A stretch of DNA of 64,000 nt from Phoronis australis (taxonomy: Eukaryota > Animalia > Phoronida). The stretch spans positions 4,027 through 68,026 of the forward strand of contig NMRA01000912.1 in the NCBI GenBank assembly GCA_002633005.1, given 5' to 3'. The position numbers and the translations under genes are program-made. Below are positions 52,101 to 59,400 of the stretch, piece after piece. Numbering within the stretch: position 1 is the first letter of the stretch; every line of letters starts with the position of its first letter. The notes under the pieces are model-generated. The model ran no database searches and was not told the DNA's origin. It was given only the letters and a program-made list of their open reading frames with translations.

Positions 52101-52669
52101 CAGGTCCCATTCAAAATTCACATTGCCAGCTGCAGGTCATCGAACAGAGACTTGTTGTGCATAGCCACATTTTGAGAAATTACTAAAAGGTCTGCATCCA
52201 TTCACAGTTACCTTAAGTTTATAAATACCTCACTTCTATATTCCTTTGCAGCCTTTTTATTCAGGTCAAACGAACAAAAATTTGGGATTGTGTTGTGGGC
52301 TTGGTAACCCCTCATGCCCAATATTTTGCGCAGTCCCAACTCTTGCCTGAGGCAAAAGTTGAAAAGGAGCCAACGAAGACGCGTTGCCTGCGCATGAGTC
52401 ATGGATGAGCCGTTTGTTTTTCTGCCGAACAATTCTGATACTGTCTGTTTACTTCCTGTTGTATTTTGAGCGCGTGCTTCGATGTGTTTGTGGCATCTTA
52501 TGAGCTTGCTAAACTAAATTAAAGGTCGCCAAATCAAGCCCTGTTATTCACTTGTGAAATTGTTGATATCACTGCACCACATTGACCTTTTCAGGAAGTT
52601 GATGGGGAGAGTAATGACAGTACAAGTGATAAAAGCAAGCCAGAGGAGTCTTACAGTGAATGTTATTGA
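1126..52669 (+). CDS. FANCD2: Fanconi anemia group D2 protein, whole gene, 37 coding exons, 4263 nt CDS (~1420 aa)
   Basis: Exon peptides are collinear with human FANCD2 as I recall it ([82 protein letters not shown]). All introns are GT-AG and phases close into one open frame ending TGA at 52667-52669. Confidence 0.97.
1424..2730 (+). mobile_element. Non-autonomous Helentron-associated (HINE/DINE-1/pearl-like) element with internal tandem repeats, copy 1
   Basis: T-run, subterminal IR ATGCGCCCAC (1429) paired with GTGGGCGCAT (2695), 5' palindrome, (GTCC)n microsatellite, eight ~140-160-bp tandem subunits, 3' stem-loop CAAC...GTTG then CTCTTGTTT. Confidence 0.8.
3541..3642 (+). CDS. FANCD2: FANCD2 exon 2
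   Basis: [33 protein letters not shown]; tttttag / gtatgg. Confidence 0.85.
4455..4582. repeat. 25-bp minisatellite, 5 copies
   Basis: TGTCATTTATTGAATCATRTGACCA x5 with G/A alternating, giving a 50-bp dimer. Confidence 0.95.
5378..5445 (+). CDS. FANCD2: FANCD2 exon 3, copy A (identical copy at 5902-5969)
   Basis: [22 protein letters not shown]; ttttcaag / gtttgg. Confidence 0.75.
5902..5969 (+). CDS. FANCD2: FANCD2 exon 3, copy B (probable assembly duplicate)
   Basis: Same 68 nt as 5378-5445, in a duplicated block across the N at 5702. Confidence 0.6.
6948..7048 (+). CDS. FANCD2: FANCD2 exon 4
   Basis: [33 protein letters not shown]; ttctcag / gtcagt. Confidence 0.9.
7404..7520 (+). CDS. 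FANCD2: FANCD2 exon 5
   Basis: [29 protein letters not shown]; ttttgtag / gtaagt. Confidence 0.93.
7557..8541 (-). mobile_element. Degenerate Penelope-like retroelement 3' part (GIY-YIG endonuclease) with an inverted partial terminal repeat
   Basis: Minus strand gives PYVKGLS...KDKTP...[22 protein letters not shown] and [27 protein letters not shown]...PSLNK (frameshifted); ~8200-8541 is an inverted copy of ~7557-7880. Confidence 0.88.
9373..9585 (+). CDS. FANCD2: FANCD2 exon 6
   Basis: [20 protein letters not shown]...[12 protein letters not shown]. Confidence 0.95.
10235..10322 (+). CDS. FANCD2: FANCD2 exon 7
   Basis: [29 protein letters not shown]. Confidence 0.95.
10992..11854 (-). mobile_element. 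Probable solo LTR (Gypsy-like)
   Basis: TG...CA ends flanked by ATAT on both sides (10988-10991, 11855-11858); minus-strand TATAAATA near 11515 and a downstream AATAAA-like signal near 11232; clustered TCTAGA repeats. The left edge could instead be TGTTACA at 11167. Confidence 0.5.
12104..12208 (+). CDS. FANCD2: FANCD2 exon 8
   Basis: [26 protein letters not shown]. Confidence 0.95.
12911..13008 (+). CDS. FANCD2: FANCD2 exon 9
   Basis: [32 protein letters not shown]. Confidence 0.92.
13845..13944 (+). CDS. FANCD2: FANCD2 exon 10
   Basis: [24 protein letters not shown]. Confidence 0.93.
14379..14552 (+). CDS. FANCD2: FANCD2 exon 11
   Basis: [15 protein letters not shown]...LIRNKIRAG. Confidence 0.94.
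14770..14945 (-). mobile_element. Possible Penelope-like N-terminal ORF fragment
   Basis: [39 protein letters not shown] resembles the N-terminal FxxxCxxxxLxP block of Penelope-like ORFs; short and recalled from memory. Confidence 0.4.
15385..15638. mobile_element. MITE, CAGGGCTTGGAAT TIR family (hAT-like)
   Basis: caaggcttagaat...cactccaagccttg; perfect 6-bp TSD CAAAAG. Confidence 0.8.
15736..15870 (+). CDS. FANCD2: FANCD2 exon 12, copy A (identical copy at 16397-16531)
   Basis: [19 protein letters not shown]...[14 protein letters not shown]. Confidence 0.75.
16397..16531 (+). CDS. FANCD2: FANCD2 exon 12, copy B (probable assembly duplicate)
   Basis: Same 135 nt as 15736-15870, in a duplicated block across the N at 16096. 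Confidence 0.6.
17130..17258 (+). CDS. FANCD2: FANCD2 exon 13
   Basis: [28 protein letters not shown]. Confidence 0.95.
18084..18191 (+). CDS. FANCD2: FANCD2 exon 14
   Basis: [26 protein letters not shown]. Confidence 0.96.
18567..18679 (+). CDS. FANCD2: FANCD2 exon 15, with the monoubiquitination lysine (human K561 equivalent, codon 18591-18593)
   Basis: [26 protein letters not shown] versus human [26 protein letters not shown]. Confidence 0.97.
19877..20060 (+). CDS. FANCD2: FANCD2 exon 16
   Basis: [33 protein letters not shown]. Confidence 0.93.
20744..20814 (+). CDS. FANCD2: FANCD2 exon 17
   Basis: [23 protein letters not shown]. Confidence 0.93.
22051..22176 (+). CDS. FANCD2: FANCD2 exon 18
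   Basis: [24 protein letters not shown]. Confidence 0.93.
22545..22645 (+). CDS. FANCD2: FANCD2 exon 19
   Basis: [33 protein letters not shown]. Confidence 0.96.
23330..23445 (+). CDS. FANCD2: FANCD2 exon 20
   Basis: [26 protein letters not shown]. Confidence 0.95.
24205..24313 (+). CDS. FANCD2: FANCD2 exon 21
   Basis: [24 protein letters not shown]. Confidence 0.95.
24330..24790 (+). mobile_element. tRNA-derived SINE interrupted by a MITE (24380-24655)
   Basis: A-box-like gcctcagtggcaag and B-box ggttcaa; SINE body resumes at tgtgtccttgtgc...gaatgagttcctggcaggag; insert TIRs aatggtagactttca / tgaaagtctcccatt. Confidence 0.55.
25214..25331 (+). CDS. FANCD2: FANCD2 exon 22
   Basis: [14 protein letters not shown]...[11 protein letters not shown]. 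Confidence 0.9.
26156..26219 (+). CDS. FANCD2: FANCD2 exon 23
   Basis: [21 protein letters not shown]; ctgtttcag / gtaagt; its phases bridge exons 22 and 24. Confidence 0.8.
26581..26940 (+). mobile_element. Internally deleted, truncated copy of the same HINE-like family
   Basis: Starts ttttatgcacccacatat, jumps to gactaccggtgtgccccctagtggc and keeps three subunits. Confidence 0.75.
27112..27194 (+). CDS. FANCD2: FANCD2 exon 24
   Basis: [28 protein letters not shown]; donor gtaagt. Confidence 0.9.
27354..28854. mobile_element. Longer or composite member of the CAGGGCTTGGAAT MITE family
   Basis: First ~300 bp homologous to 30177-30480; ends gtcattccaagccctg; no matching TSD. Confidence 0.6.
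30177..30661. mobile_element. MITE, CAGGGCTTGGAAT TIR family
   Basis: Perfect 13-bp TIRs; flanks ATTCAT/AATCAT. Confidence 0.82.
31895..33436 (+). CDS. DEG/ENaC (amiloride-sensitive sodium channel, ASIC/FaNaC-related) subunit, single coding exon, 513 aa
   Basis: Pre-TM1 HG motif ([10 protein letters not shown]), TM1 ([19 protein letters not shown]), [19 protein letters not shown], Cys-rich thumb (CKYQC...CGC...CKKQC), TM2 [22 protein letters not shown] with GxS filter; in-frame TAA at 31880 upstream; AATAAA at 33442. Confidence 0.95.
   Translation: MKSTSEIMTVLNTDETNVRVAAKERIRRFCDNTSAHGLSQTTKQRSAVRVVLWFFAFVGGLFGSIVLIEMTVSDFIAGHHSIKSKDAVSPRKPFPSVTLCNVNAVSFSKLENNIFSTFKSLGLFGENCSNEISPLQRHLAGRRFDITLLYEYNQSLVDVFGHAKRDFIVNCQYGSSRGCEAQFQRQIDPELFNCFTFKPSSVPFSTGAKDGLSLTLFLENWRERDTFGPHMPPISSPAAYSEADVGVKVILHDPGSLAIPRDQGHIAKVGHITNFKIDVVNRSRLRDRCSDQERIEVDNSSFVYTPLLCKYQCIVDLIADRCGCVYMPFTFGNKFGHHLPYCGEYPCNTSKIAENYRCVGPVVKETLSYHKSCSWCKKQCLETSFKARISQSDWPSNLYRQEVLRWLQNRPNDTLYVQQLRYRVNANEKYDYLMKNFLRINIFFDDFNIVEKKDVWDMGWYALLSNIGGALGICVGISAITVFEIVEMTVDLMGYLLKYCKDKHKQQTEVSAF
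37930..38305. mobile_element. MITE
   Basis: TIRs tgtcccggattacacagc / gccgtgtaatccaggaca (16 of 18 match). Confidence 0.6.
39438..39519 (+). CDS. FANCD2: FANCD2 exon 25
   Basis: [27 protein letters not shown]; continues the FFR|ELDI motif. Confidence 0.95.
40370..40770. repeat. 33-bp minisatellite, ~12 copies
   Basis: Unit GTTTTCATGGTAGCGGAATGTGCTCCCTACCAA. Confidence 0.95.
40904..41020 (+). CDS. FANCD2: FANCD2 exon 26
   Basis: [21 protein letters not shown]...KRKTFLK. Confidence 0.95.
41263..41391 (+). CDS. FANCD2: FANCD2 exon 27
   Basis: [10 protein letters not shown]...[16 protein letters not shown]. Confidence 0.93.
42253..42371 (+). CDS. FANCD2: FANCD2 exon 28
   Basis: [29 protein letters not shown]. 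Confidence 0.94.
42701..42814 (+). CDS. FANCD2: FANCD2 exon 29
   Basis: [23 protein letters not shown]. Confidence 0.93.
43071..43198 (+). CDS. FANCD2: FANCD2 exon 30
   Basis: [33 protein letters not shown]. Confidence 0.92.
43447..44014. mobile_element. PIF/Harbinger (Tourist-like) MITE
   Basis: ~40-bp TIR gggctgttccagtaaaatctgt...; TAA TSD on both sides; repeated internal CCACCCRTAA motifs. Confidence 0.85.
44191..44290 (+). CDS. FANCD2: FANCD2 exon 31
   Basis: [32 protein letters not shown]. Confidence 0.92.
44416..44648. mobile_element. MITE, CAGGGCTTGGAAT TIR family
   Basis: Homologous to 15385-15638 throughout; flanks CTGTGT/CTGTAT. Confidence 0.8.
45601..45817 (+). CDS. FANCD2: FANCD2 exon 32
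   Basis: YYLQYSDD...[21 protein letters not shown]. Confidence 0.95.
46647..46757 (+). CDS. FANCD2: FANCD2 exon 33
   Basis: [24 protein letters not shown]. Confidence 0.95.
47255..47758. mobile_element. MITE family, copy 1
   Basis: TIRs cattacggcgttttc / gaaaacgccgtcatg; homologous to 56502-56959. Confidence 0.78.
48394..48543 (+). CDS. FANCD2: FANCD2 exon 34
   Basis: [28 protein letters not shown]...LHHMCGHSK. Confidence 0.97.
48665..49040. repeat. Low-complexity TAG/CTA/TTA tract
   Basis: Degenerate trinucleotide runs. Confidence 0.8.
49606..49752 (+). CDS. FANCD2: FANCD2 exon 35
   Basis: [39 protein letters not shown]. Confidence 0.97.
51121..51219 (+). CDS. FANCD2: FANCD2 exon 36
   Basis: [33 protein letters not shown]. 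Confidence 0.92.
52595..52669 (+). CDS. FANCD2: FANCD2 exon 37 (terminal coding part)
   Basis: [24 protein letters not shown]; acidic tail like the vertebrate C-terminus; acceptor cttttcag. Confidence 0.85.
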   Translation, partial: EVDGESNDSTSDKSKPEESYSECY

Positions 52670-53315
52670 GTGCTGTATATACAATGAGTATACAGTGCTA
52701 TGCAAGGTGGGTTGGCTTGCAATGTCCTGCAGTGAATATTGTTGTGTGTTGTATATACAAACCTGTGTAAAGTGGGTTGATAGCACAATTCCACAGTGAG
52801 TGAATGTTATCGAGTGTCCTGTATACAATACTGTGTAATTGGATTGTATAACTGAGTCCTACAGTGATTTTTATTGAATCTTGTATATACAACACTGTGC
52901 AAAGTGGAATGGATAGTGAGTGTTATTGAGCATTGTATATACACCACTGTGTAAAGTAGGTTACCGTGGCATTTGCAGTCTCACAGTGAATGGTAGTGAG
53001 TGTCAAATAGAACACCATTTGAAGCGAGTTGGGTGCCATAGTCCTGGAGCAATTCCTATTCATTATTGTATATACAGCAATGTATAATAGATTAAGTTGA
53101 TGTGCCCTAGAGTGATTTTTATGGTATCGTATATACAACTAAATTAGGTTGCTGGTCCTGCAGCAAATATTACAGAGTATGATACATACAACAAAGTGTA
53201 AAGTAAATTAGGCTGCCAAGTCCAGCGAATACTGCTATCCTTCATACAACAGTTGAGGCCTTAGAGTGCTGCGGCTAATGCTACTATGTATGTATCGTAT
53301 ATACAACAATGTGGT
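52645..53315 (+). repeat. Degenerate ~50-75-bp tandem repeat from the last FANCD2 codons into the 3' UTR
   Basis: Recurring gtcctacagtgaatgttattgag...tgtatatacaa...tgtgtaaagt. Confidence 0.8.
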
Positions 53316-53881
53316 GGGAATTTAAGTGCAAAGCCCTACACAACACTTAACACATGGTTTAAAATATGCGACTGGGTCGGGATTCTGGATACTCCGGTAA
53401 AAAGTGACTGGCAGGATGAAATAGATTCGATGTCATTAATCTGTTTTGTAATCTGTCTCCTATAAGGCTGATAATGTTGTTATTGTTGTGTAGATATAAG
53501 TGGAATGGTTGTTGGAAATGATGTTATATTATGGATATTATAACACCCTGTGATGATCACTGTTAGTGCTGCTGACTGTCATTAATAACTGTCACTGTAA
53601 TGACCGTTATTTATATCGTAGTTTTACTTTTGTTGGTGCATGATGGGAAATAATTCTTAAGGACTAGATATGGAAATGTTGATGTGAGTTATCACTCTTT
53701 TTCATTGGTTTATTGAAAACACAAAAGCAATGCGCAATAGACAAAAGACACACTCGTACCACTCTCACCTGAAGGCATTGTGAGACTTGCCAACAAAATT
53801 GGAACCCATGCCCTTTCAAGAAAACAAAAAAAGCCACAGAAGACCATCTTTTATTAAATTGTTCATGTTCATGGTTTCTGA

Positions 53882-53887
53882 AATAAA
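53882..53887 (+). terminator. Candidate FANCD2 polyadenylation signal
   Basis: AATAAA about 1.2 kb after the stop, followed by a T-rich tract; position only, no transcript data. Confidence 0.45.
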
Positions 53888-56182
53888 GATATTTTTTTCA
53901 CCTGAACATACTTAAACATCTCCTTCTTGAACATTTCCATTGAGGAAGTATTTCTGAGTTTTTGGTGATGTGATATTTTCCCAAACAGATGAGTAAATTA
54001 ATTGTATCTGAGTTGTGTAATTCAGCTAATAATTGCCCTTAGTATGCAACTTGCTTTTGAGAACGTGATAATATAAAACAGTCAGTGGACATTGCTAACT
54101 CTTTTTCAAATAATAAATGATGAAAAGTGGTTAATTTTTTCACAACAATTTAAGCACAGGTCGTGAAAAGTGTATGTTTGTAGCGTTTATAAGTCTCCTT
54201 AAGTATAAGGAGAAGGTTATTGTTATGGATTAAAGTGGGATTGCCATGCTTTGTAGTGAATATACATGGGCATTTCAATAATTATAACTTTTTCTTATTC
54301 TAACATCTTTTCCATTGCTTGTAAACCGAAAAGGGCGTAGAACTTTTAATTGAATTTTGTTGACACATTAGCGCACAACTTGTTTGTCTATGGAATTTTA
54401 TTTGATGTACATGTTCAAGATGAGATCTCAGAAACACCATCGTATTTTTATAGAATATTTCCCTATGGCTTAAGCAATGTTTTCATAAAAGTCACAACAA
54501 AAGTCCTACTTTTGTGTGGCCCTCGTGTAGCAGTGGAGCGTTTTAAAAATCCTAGCATTGTTTTAGAGGGAGAAGTCAGTGTATAAAGCACAGTACCTGA
54601 AAATTTCATACGCATCTGATCAACCATTTCTAAGGTGTGATAATCCGAAGTTAGCCAAATTTGGACATTTTTGTAGGGCTCTACATAACCTTAACGCACT
54701 AAGTAAATTATCTGACTAACAGTGGGTTAAGCTTTTACTCGACTTCCTGGTTGACTGAAACTGTATACTTCAATTGGACCACAGCTTTAATTCTTTTAGT
54801 CTTCCATGCGATTTAAACGTTTCGAGACGTAACTTTTTCTGACATCACATTTTGTATAAATTAGGTTTTTAGTTACATTTGCCAGCTTAAAACTGCTATA
54901 GTGCTGCCAAAATATTTTTGATTTAGACAATTCGTACCAACACCTAGTCTCTTGCATTCTTTTACTCAAGTTACATGCCGTTGTTGGAGGCCGTGCACGT
55001 AACATAACCCGTCCCATTGAAATTCCCTATTCTTTGGATAACGTTTCCTTCATAGTGCACCTTTTGGCTTCGACTTTGCTGTTAACGAGTACAGAAGGGT
55101 CAGTTCGCAAAACCAGAAATCACTTCTCAACAGCTCGACTCTGGTTAGGACCTAGCTAAAATCTAGCCAAAGTCTCGTGCTCTCATTTAAAATACACGGC
55201 AACATGTCACGTAATCTCGCGAATTCTTGCTTTTTAACGAGGTCCTAGCTTTACTGAACGGGAGGCTGTTATACAGCAGCATATGTGGCTTAAATCAAAA
55301 GTTTGCTTCTTGGCGAAGTGAAACACTGGTTTCTCACATGCCTCTTAATCTGAAATTTGTTATTGTTCTCGATAATTTTGGTTCACGTCTTCAATTACGA
55401 GAGCCCCCACGACGTGGCGTGCTAGCTACTGCCGGCGCTGAGTGGCCATAGAGGTGAAGATTTTTACGTGAAGCCATTTTTACGTTCTTTCCCACTAGCC
55501 GGATACGGCTACCACTCCTCTGAGGCACTGTGAAGAAGAGCATTTATCAATTTCATATTCCTTTCTTAATATTTTATTCAGTTACCTGAAGCCAACTCAA
55601 CTGAAGCGTGTGTAGTACAATCAAGGATACTATACTGGTAACTATAAAATCTTCGGTACAATCACTCAACATTCGGAAATGATACGCAGTCCTTCACTTC
55701 CTGTAAAATCACACCCAGAAAGATGATGTTCACTGACCTTCGGCTGAACCAGGGAATCAAACTGGCCGGACTTAGGGAGAAAGTAAAACCCGGCCTTATC
55801 AAAATTCAGCCGACCCGTAGTTTTCTTTAAAGCCACTTTTCAGCGTTATAATTGTTCCCGGTATGTTTATGTGTGTAGCTGTCTGCCTACTTTCCTGCCG
55901 GTTATCTATCTGCTAGTCAGCCAAATAGCTGTGCGAACACAAACTTCAGGTTTGCATTGATTTGTGTACACCAAGGCTATTTGCCTGTCTGTCTGTTGGT
56001 GAACAGCCTACTGAGATTCAGTTGATGTAGTTAGGCAATTCGCTCCCGCAGGGCGGCCGGTGCCATAGTATCTCACCTGAAAAACTGAAAAGAATCGGTA
56101 AACAAATACGTCCCATTGACCCAGCTGGCGAGGCGTGGAGTGAAAACAATCGGGCCAAGAGTATAGACACTTCCGCTCCATT

Positions 56183-56215
56183 TATAAATAGGGTCATCCT
56201 CATGAAATGTCAGTT
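56183..56215 (+). promoter_or_regulatory. TATA box plus initiator core promoter of the Nudix gene
   Basis: TATAAATA at 56183-56190 and Inr TCAGTT at 56210-56215 (A at 56212, 29 nt after the TATA start), 94 nt before the ATG. Confidence 0.75.
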
Positions 56216-56305
56216 GGGACCAACTTCGCAGTGCAGTAAAGAACGTGGAAGGAGGGAGACCATTTTGCAGTGCGTGCTGGTAAATGCGTTTCCATCGACA
56301 GCATT

Positions 56306-56470
56306 ATGACACACAAGAACATGTTCCCCACATTCAACTTCGATATACACCAGAATAAGCCGGTACCGGCCGGTGAAGGTGAACGTGGTTCGTACACTCA
56401 TTTCGGTAATACGATGATGTTTGCCAAGCTCGACGAGGAATCAATCAAAGACTTGCGAGCCGCCGTAATG
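56306..56470 (+). CDS. NUDT16: NUDT16-like exon 1
   Basis: MTHKNMFPTF...YTHFGNTMMFAK...LRAAVM; donor gtaagc. Confidence 0.8.
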
Positions 56471-59400
56471 GTAAGCACTTTAATTAAACTTGCACCAGTT
56501 TCATTACGGCGTTTTCCCGTTGCTCCCAACTTGTTCGATTCTATAGCCCAACAACAAGTTGGAAAGTTTACCCCTGTAGCCAGTATCTTACACGACTGAT
56601 GAAGTCCGTTCTGGCATTTATGGTTGGAGGGACAGCTCTCTTTTGTTCGATAATTGCTCTAATCTCCAATACGATCGTATCTACCCTGACTGGGCTGTGC
56701 TGTTAAAATAAAAGTTAAGATATAACCTATTTGAACATAAACCAATAGCATTTCTGAAATCTTTGTTAAATGGTGATCATATGTTTAGTTTTTGAATTAC
56801 CAAAATCGCCCAACTGCAACCGAAGTTAGGACAATCTATTCTTTCCGAATACACCAATTCACTCTGAGTTTGACTGTGCTCACATGTGGTGGTTGTCACG
56901 CGCTCAGAACCCCCTACGTCTGGTAAAGTCACTGAACGGGAAAACCGTACGCTGTCATGTTTCAAAACGGGTCTGCTGTAGGGAAACTGGTCCAGAACTC
57001 AATCGAACTATCGTGCACGTAAGTGAAGGTTTCAAATTACCCCGTAGAACGCCAACTGCTGTTGAGTCACCAATTAAGAAGGGGTCACGCTGACGCTAAG
57101 TGTGTTATTACACTGTATCTTGGGTTTACCGACGTGACCAGTGAGCTCATTGTGTTTGCAATGAATGAGCAACAAAAATTGTACTGCTGTGCGTAAACTT
57201 GGAATCCTGCATAATCTCAAGATGGCGTATTCGTGAACTTACGATACACTAGGAAACTTGGCCGAGTTCACTCAAATAATCACGATCACGTTGATAAAAA
57301 TTAACGCTGCACTAAATCAAATTACATGTTATTAAAATATTGTAAACTTTAACCAACCTTTTTTCAACTCTCTTGGCGATCTTGTTCTCCAAACAATAAA
57401 TAATTTAACCATTCACATATTCCTCCGATTTTAATGTGTCACAAGTTACGGTGCATGAGAAATTGGGTGGACGTGAGGCCAATAATTAAGAAAATTATTT
57501 TCACTGAACAAAAAAATTCACCCGACTGGCTTAATGAGAATTCAATTCGAAGTTCAAACATAACGCGATCTTGAGATTAAGCAAGATTCCAAGTTCACCC
57601 ACTGCAGTACCAGCGTTCGATGATTGCACGACGCAAAGGTCTGTTGTGCATTGTAAGACACTATGATCCGTCTGTAGAGTGTCAAAGCTAATATAACTAT
57701 AAAATCTTTGAGAGTGTTGTTATCAGAGTGGGCTGTGCTGATTTGCTAGGATCGCTGAAATATGTGACCCAGCGAGGTCATCAAATCAACCACAGAATGT
57801 TTATACAAGTGATAACAAACCACCGACATTTCTTTGAGTGTCGTTTATCATTCGCGCCATCCCAATGACAAAAATTGTTAAAATAGAGCGGGAGGGAGGG
57901 AGAGGGAGAGGGAGAGAGAGAGAGACCTTTTTATTATATTAAAAACCCACATAGGACTCCGTTTGCGGTGCTATCGCGCGCGCATTTCAACGCCCCGCAT
58001 TGCTCTTGTTAATGCTATCATCAACTTTATCAACTTAAAAAGTGAAAATTTGCAAAGCAACGCTACTGGCATTCTGTTACTCACTGCTCAAAAAGTCATT
58101 TTTGAATTAAATTCTTTCTTGAAAACACTGATATCGCATTACTTAAAGGGGGAATGTAGTGCTATCGGGATTGCACCCAAACTTGTTTTGAAGTTTTTAC
58201 CTTAATGAAGCGGAGTCTATCTCTATAGGGGAATCGCCGATGAGGTTACTACAAACATCGATGCCTGTCAAGACCACTGATTTCATGTCGAAAGAATTCA
58301 GTTCCATATGCTTTTATTATGCGCCCACATATTTATATGTGGACGCATTATGCCGTCATCTCTGTCCGTCCGTCCGTCCGTCCGGGTGGCGTCCGTCCGG
58401 CGTCCGGCGTCCGCTGCTCTATTTCCAAAACCCTTTGACATACGTTCATGAAATTTGACACATATGTTCCATTCATGAATGGGACGGCATGTGCGAACTT
58501 TCGGACGGATCCGACTACCGGTGTGCCCCCTAGTGGCAATTGTAGTTTTTTACGCTTACCTTTGTATCTTCAAAAGTCCTGAACGGATTTTCATGAAATT
58601 TGCTATGTAGGCACCTAGTAGTGAGATGACGCTATCCTGCCGTTTTCGGATGGATTCGACATAGTTTGCGCCACCTAGTGGCCATTTTTAGTGTTTTCGA
58701 GTCTGTTTTTGTGCTTCCACCCCTCTATCAACCAAACCGCTCAAAGGATGATTGTGAAAATTGGCATGTATATGCTTACTATGTAGAGGATGGTTGACGA
58801 TGATTTTCCGACGATTTCGACTACTGTGGCGCCTCCTAGTGGCAGTTTTGTTTTTTTGCGCCTATGGCTGTATCTCCTAAACCGTTCGCAGGATCTTTAC
58901 AAATTGTGTAAGTATATTTATATGATGTTAACAACGGAAGATGACGACTTTTGGTCGGATCCGACTACCGGTGTGCCCCCTAGTGGCAATTTTAGTTTTT
59001 TACGCTTACCTTTGTATCTTCAAAAGTATTGAACGGATTTTCATGAAATTTGGTATGTAGGCACCTATTAGTGAGATGACGCTATCCTACTGTTTTCAGA
59101 TGGATTCGACGTAGTTTGCGCCACCTAGTGGCCATTTTTACTGTTTTCGAGTCTGTATTTTTGCGTCCACCCCTCTATCAACCAAACCGCTCAAAGGATG
59201 ATTGTGAAAATTGGCGTGTATGTGCTTACTATAAGGAAGACAGCTGACAATGATTTTCAGACGATTTGGACTACTGTGGCGCCTCCTAGTGGCAGTTTTG
59301 TTTTTTTGCGCCCATGGCTGTATCTCCCAAACCGTTTGCAGGATCTTTACTAAATTTAGCAAGTGTATTTATGTGATGTTGACAACGGACGATGACGACT

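Noticed and set aside
56270-56599. 109-aa single-exon ORF
   Set aside because: It is Nudix exon 1 read through the donor into a MITE; the spliced model explains it better.
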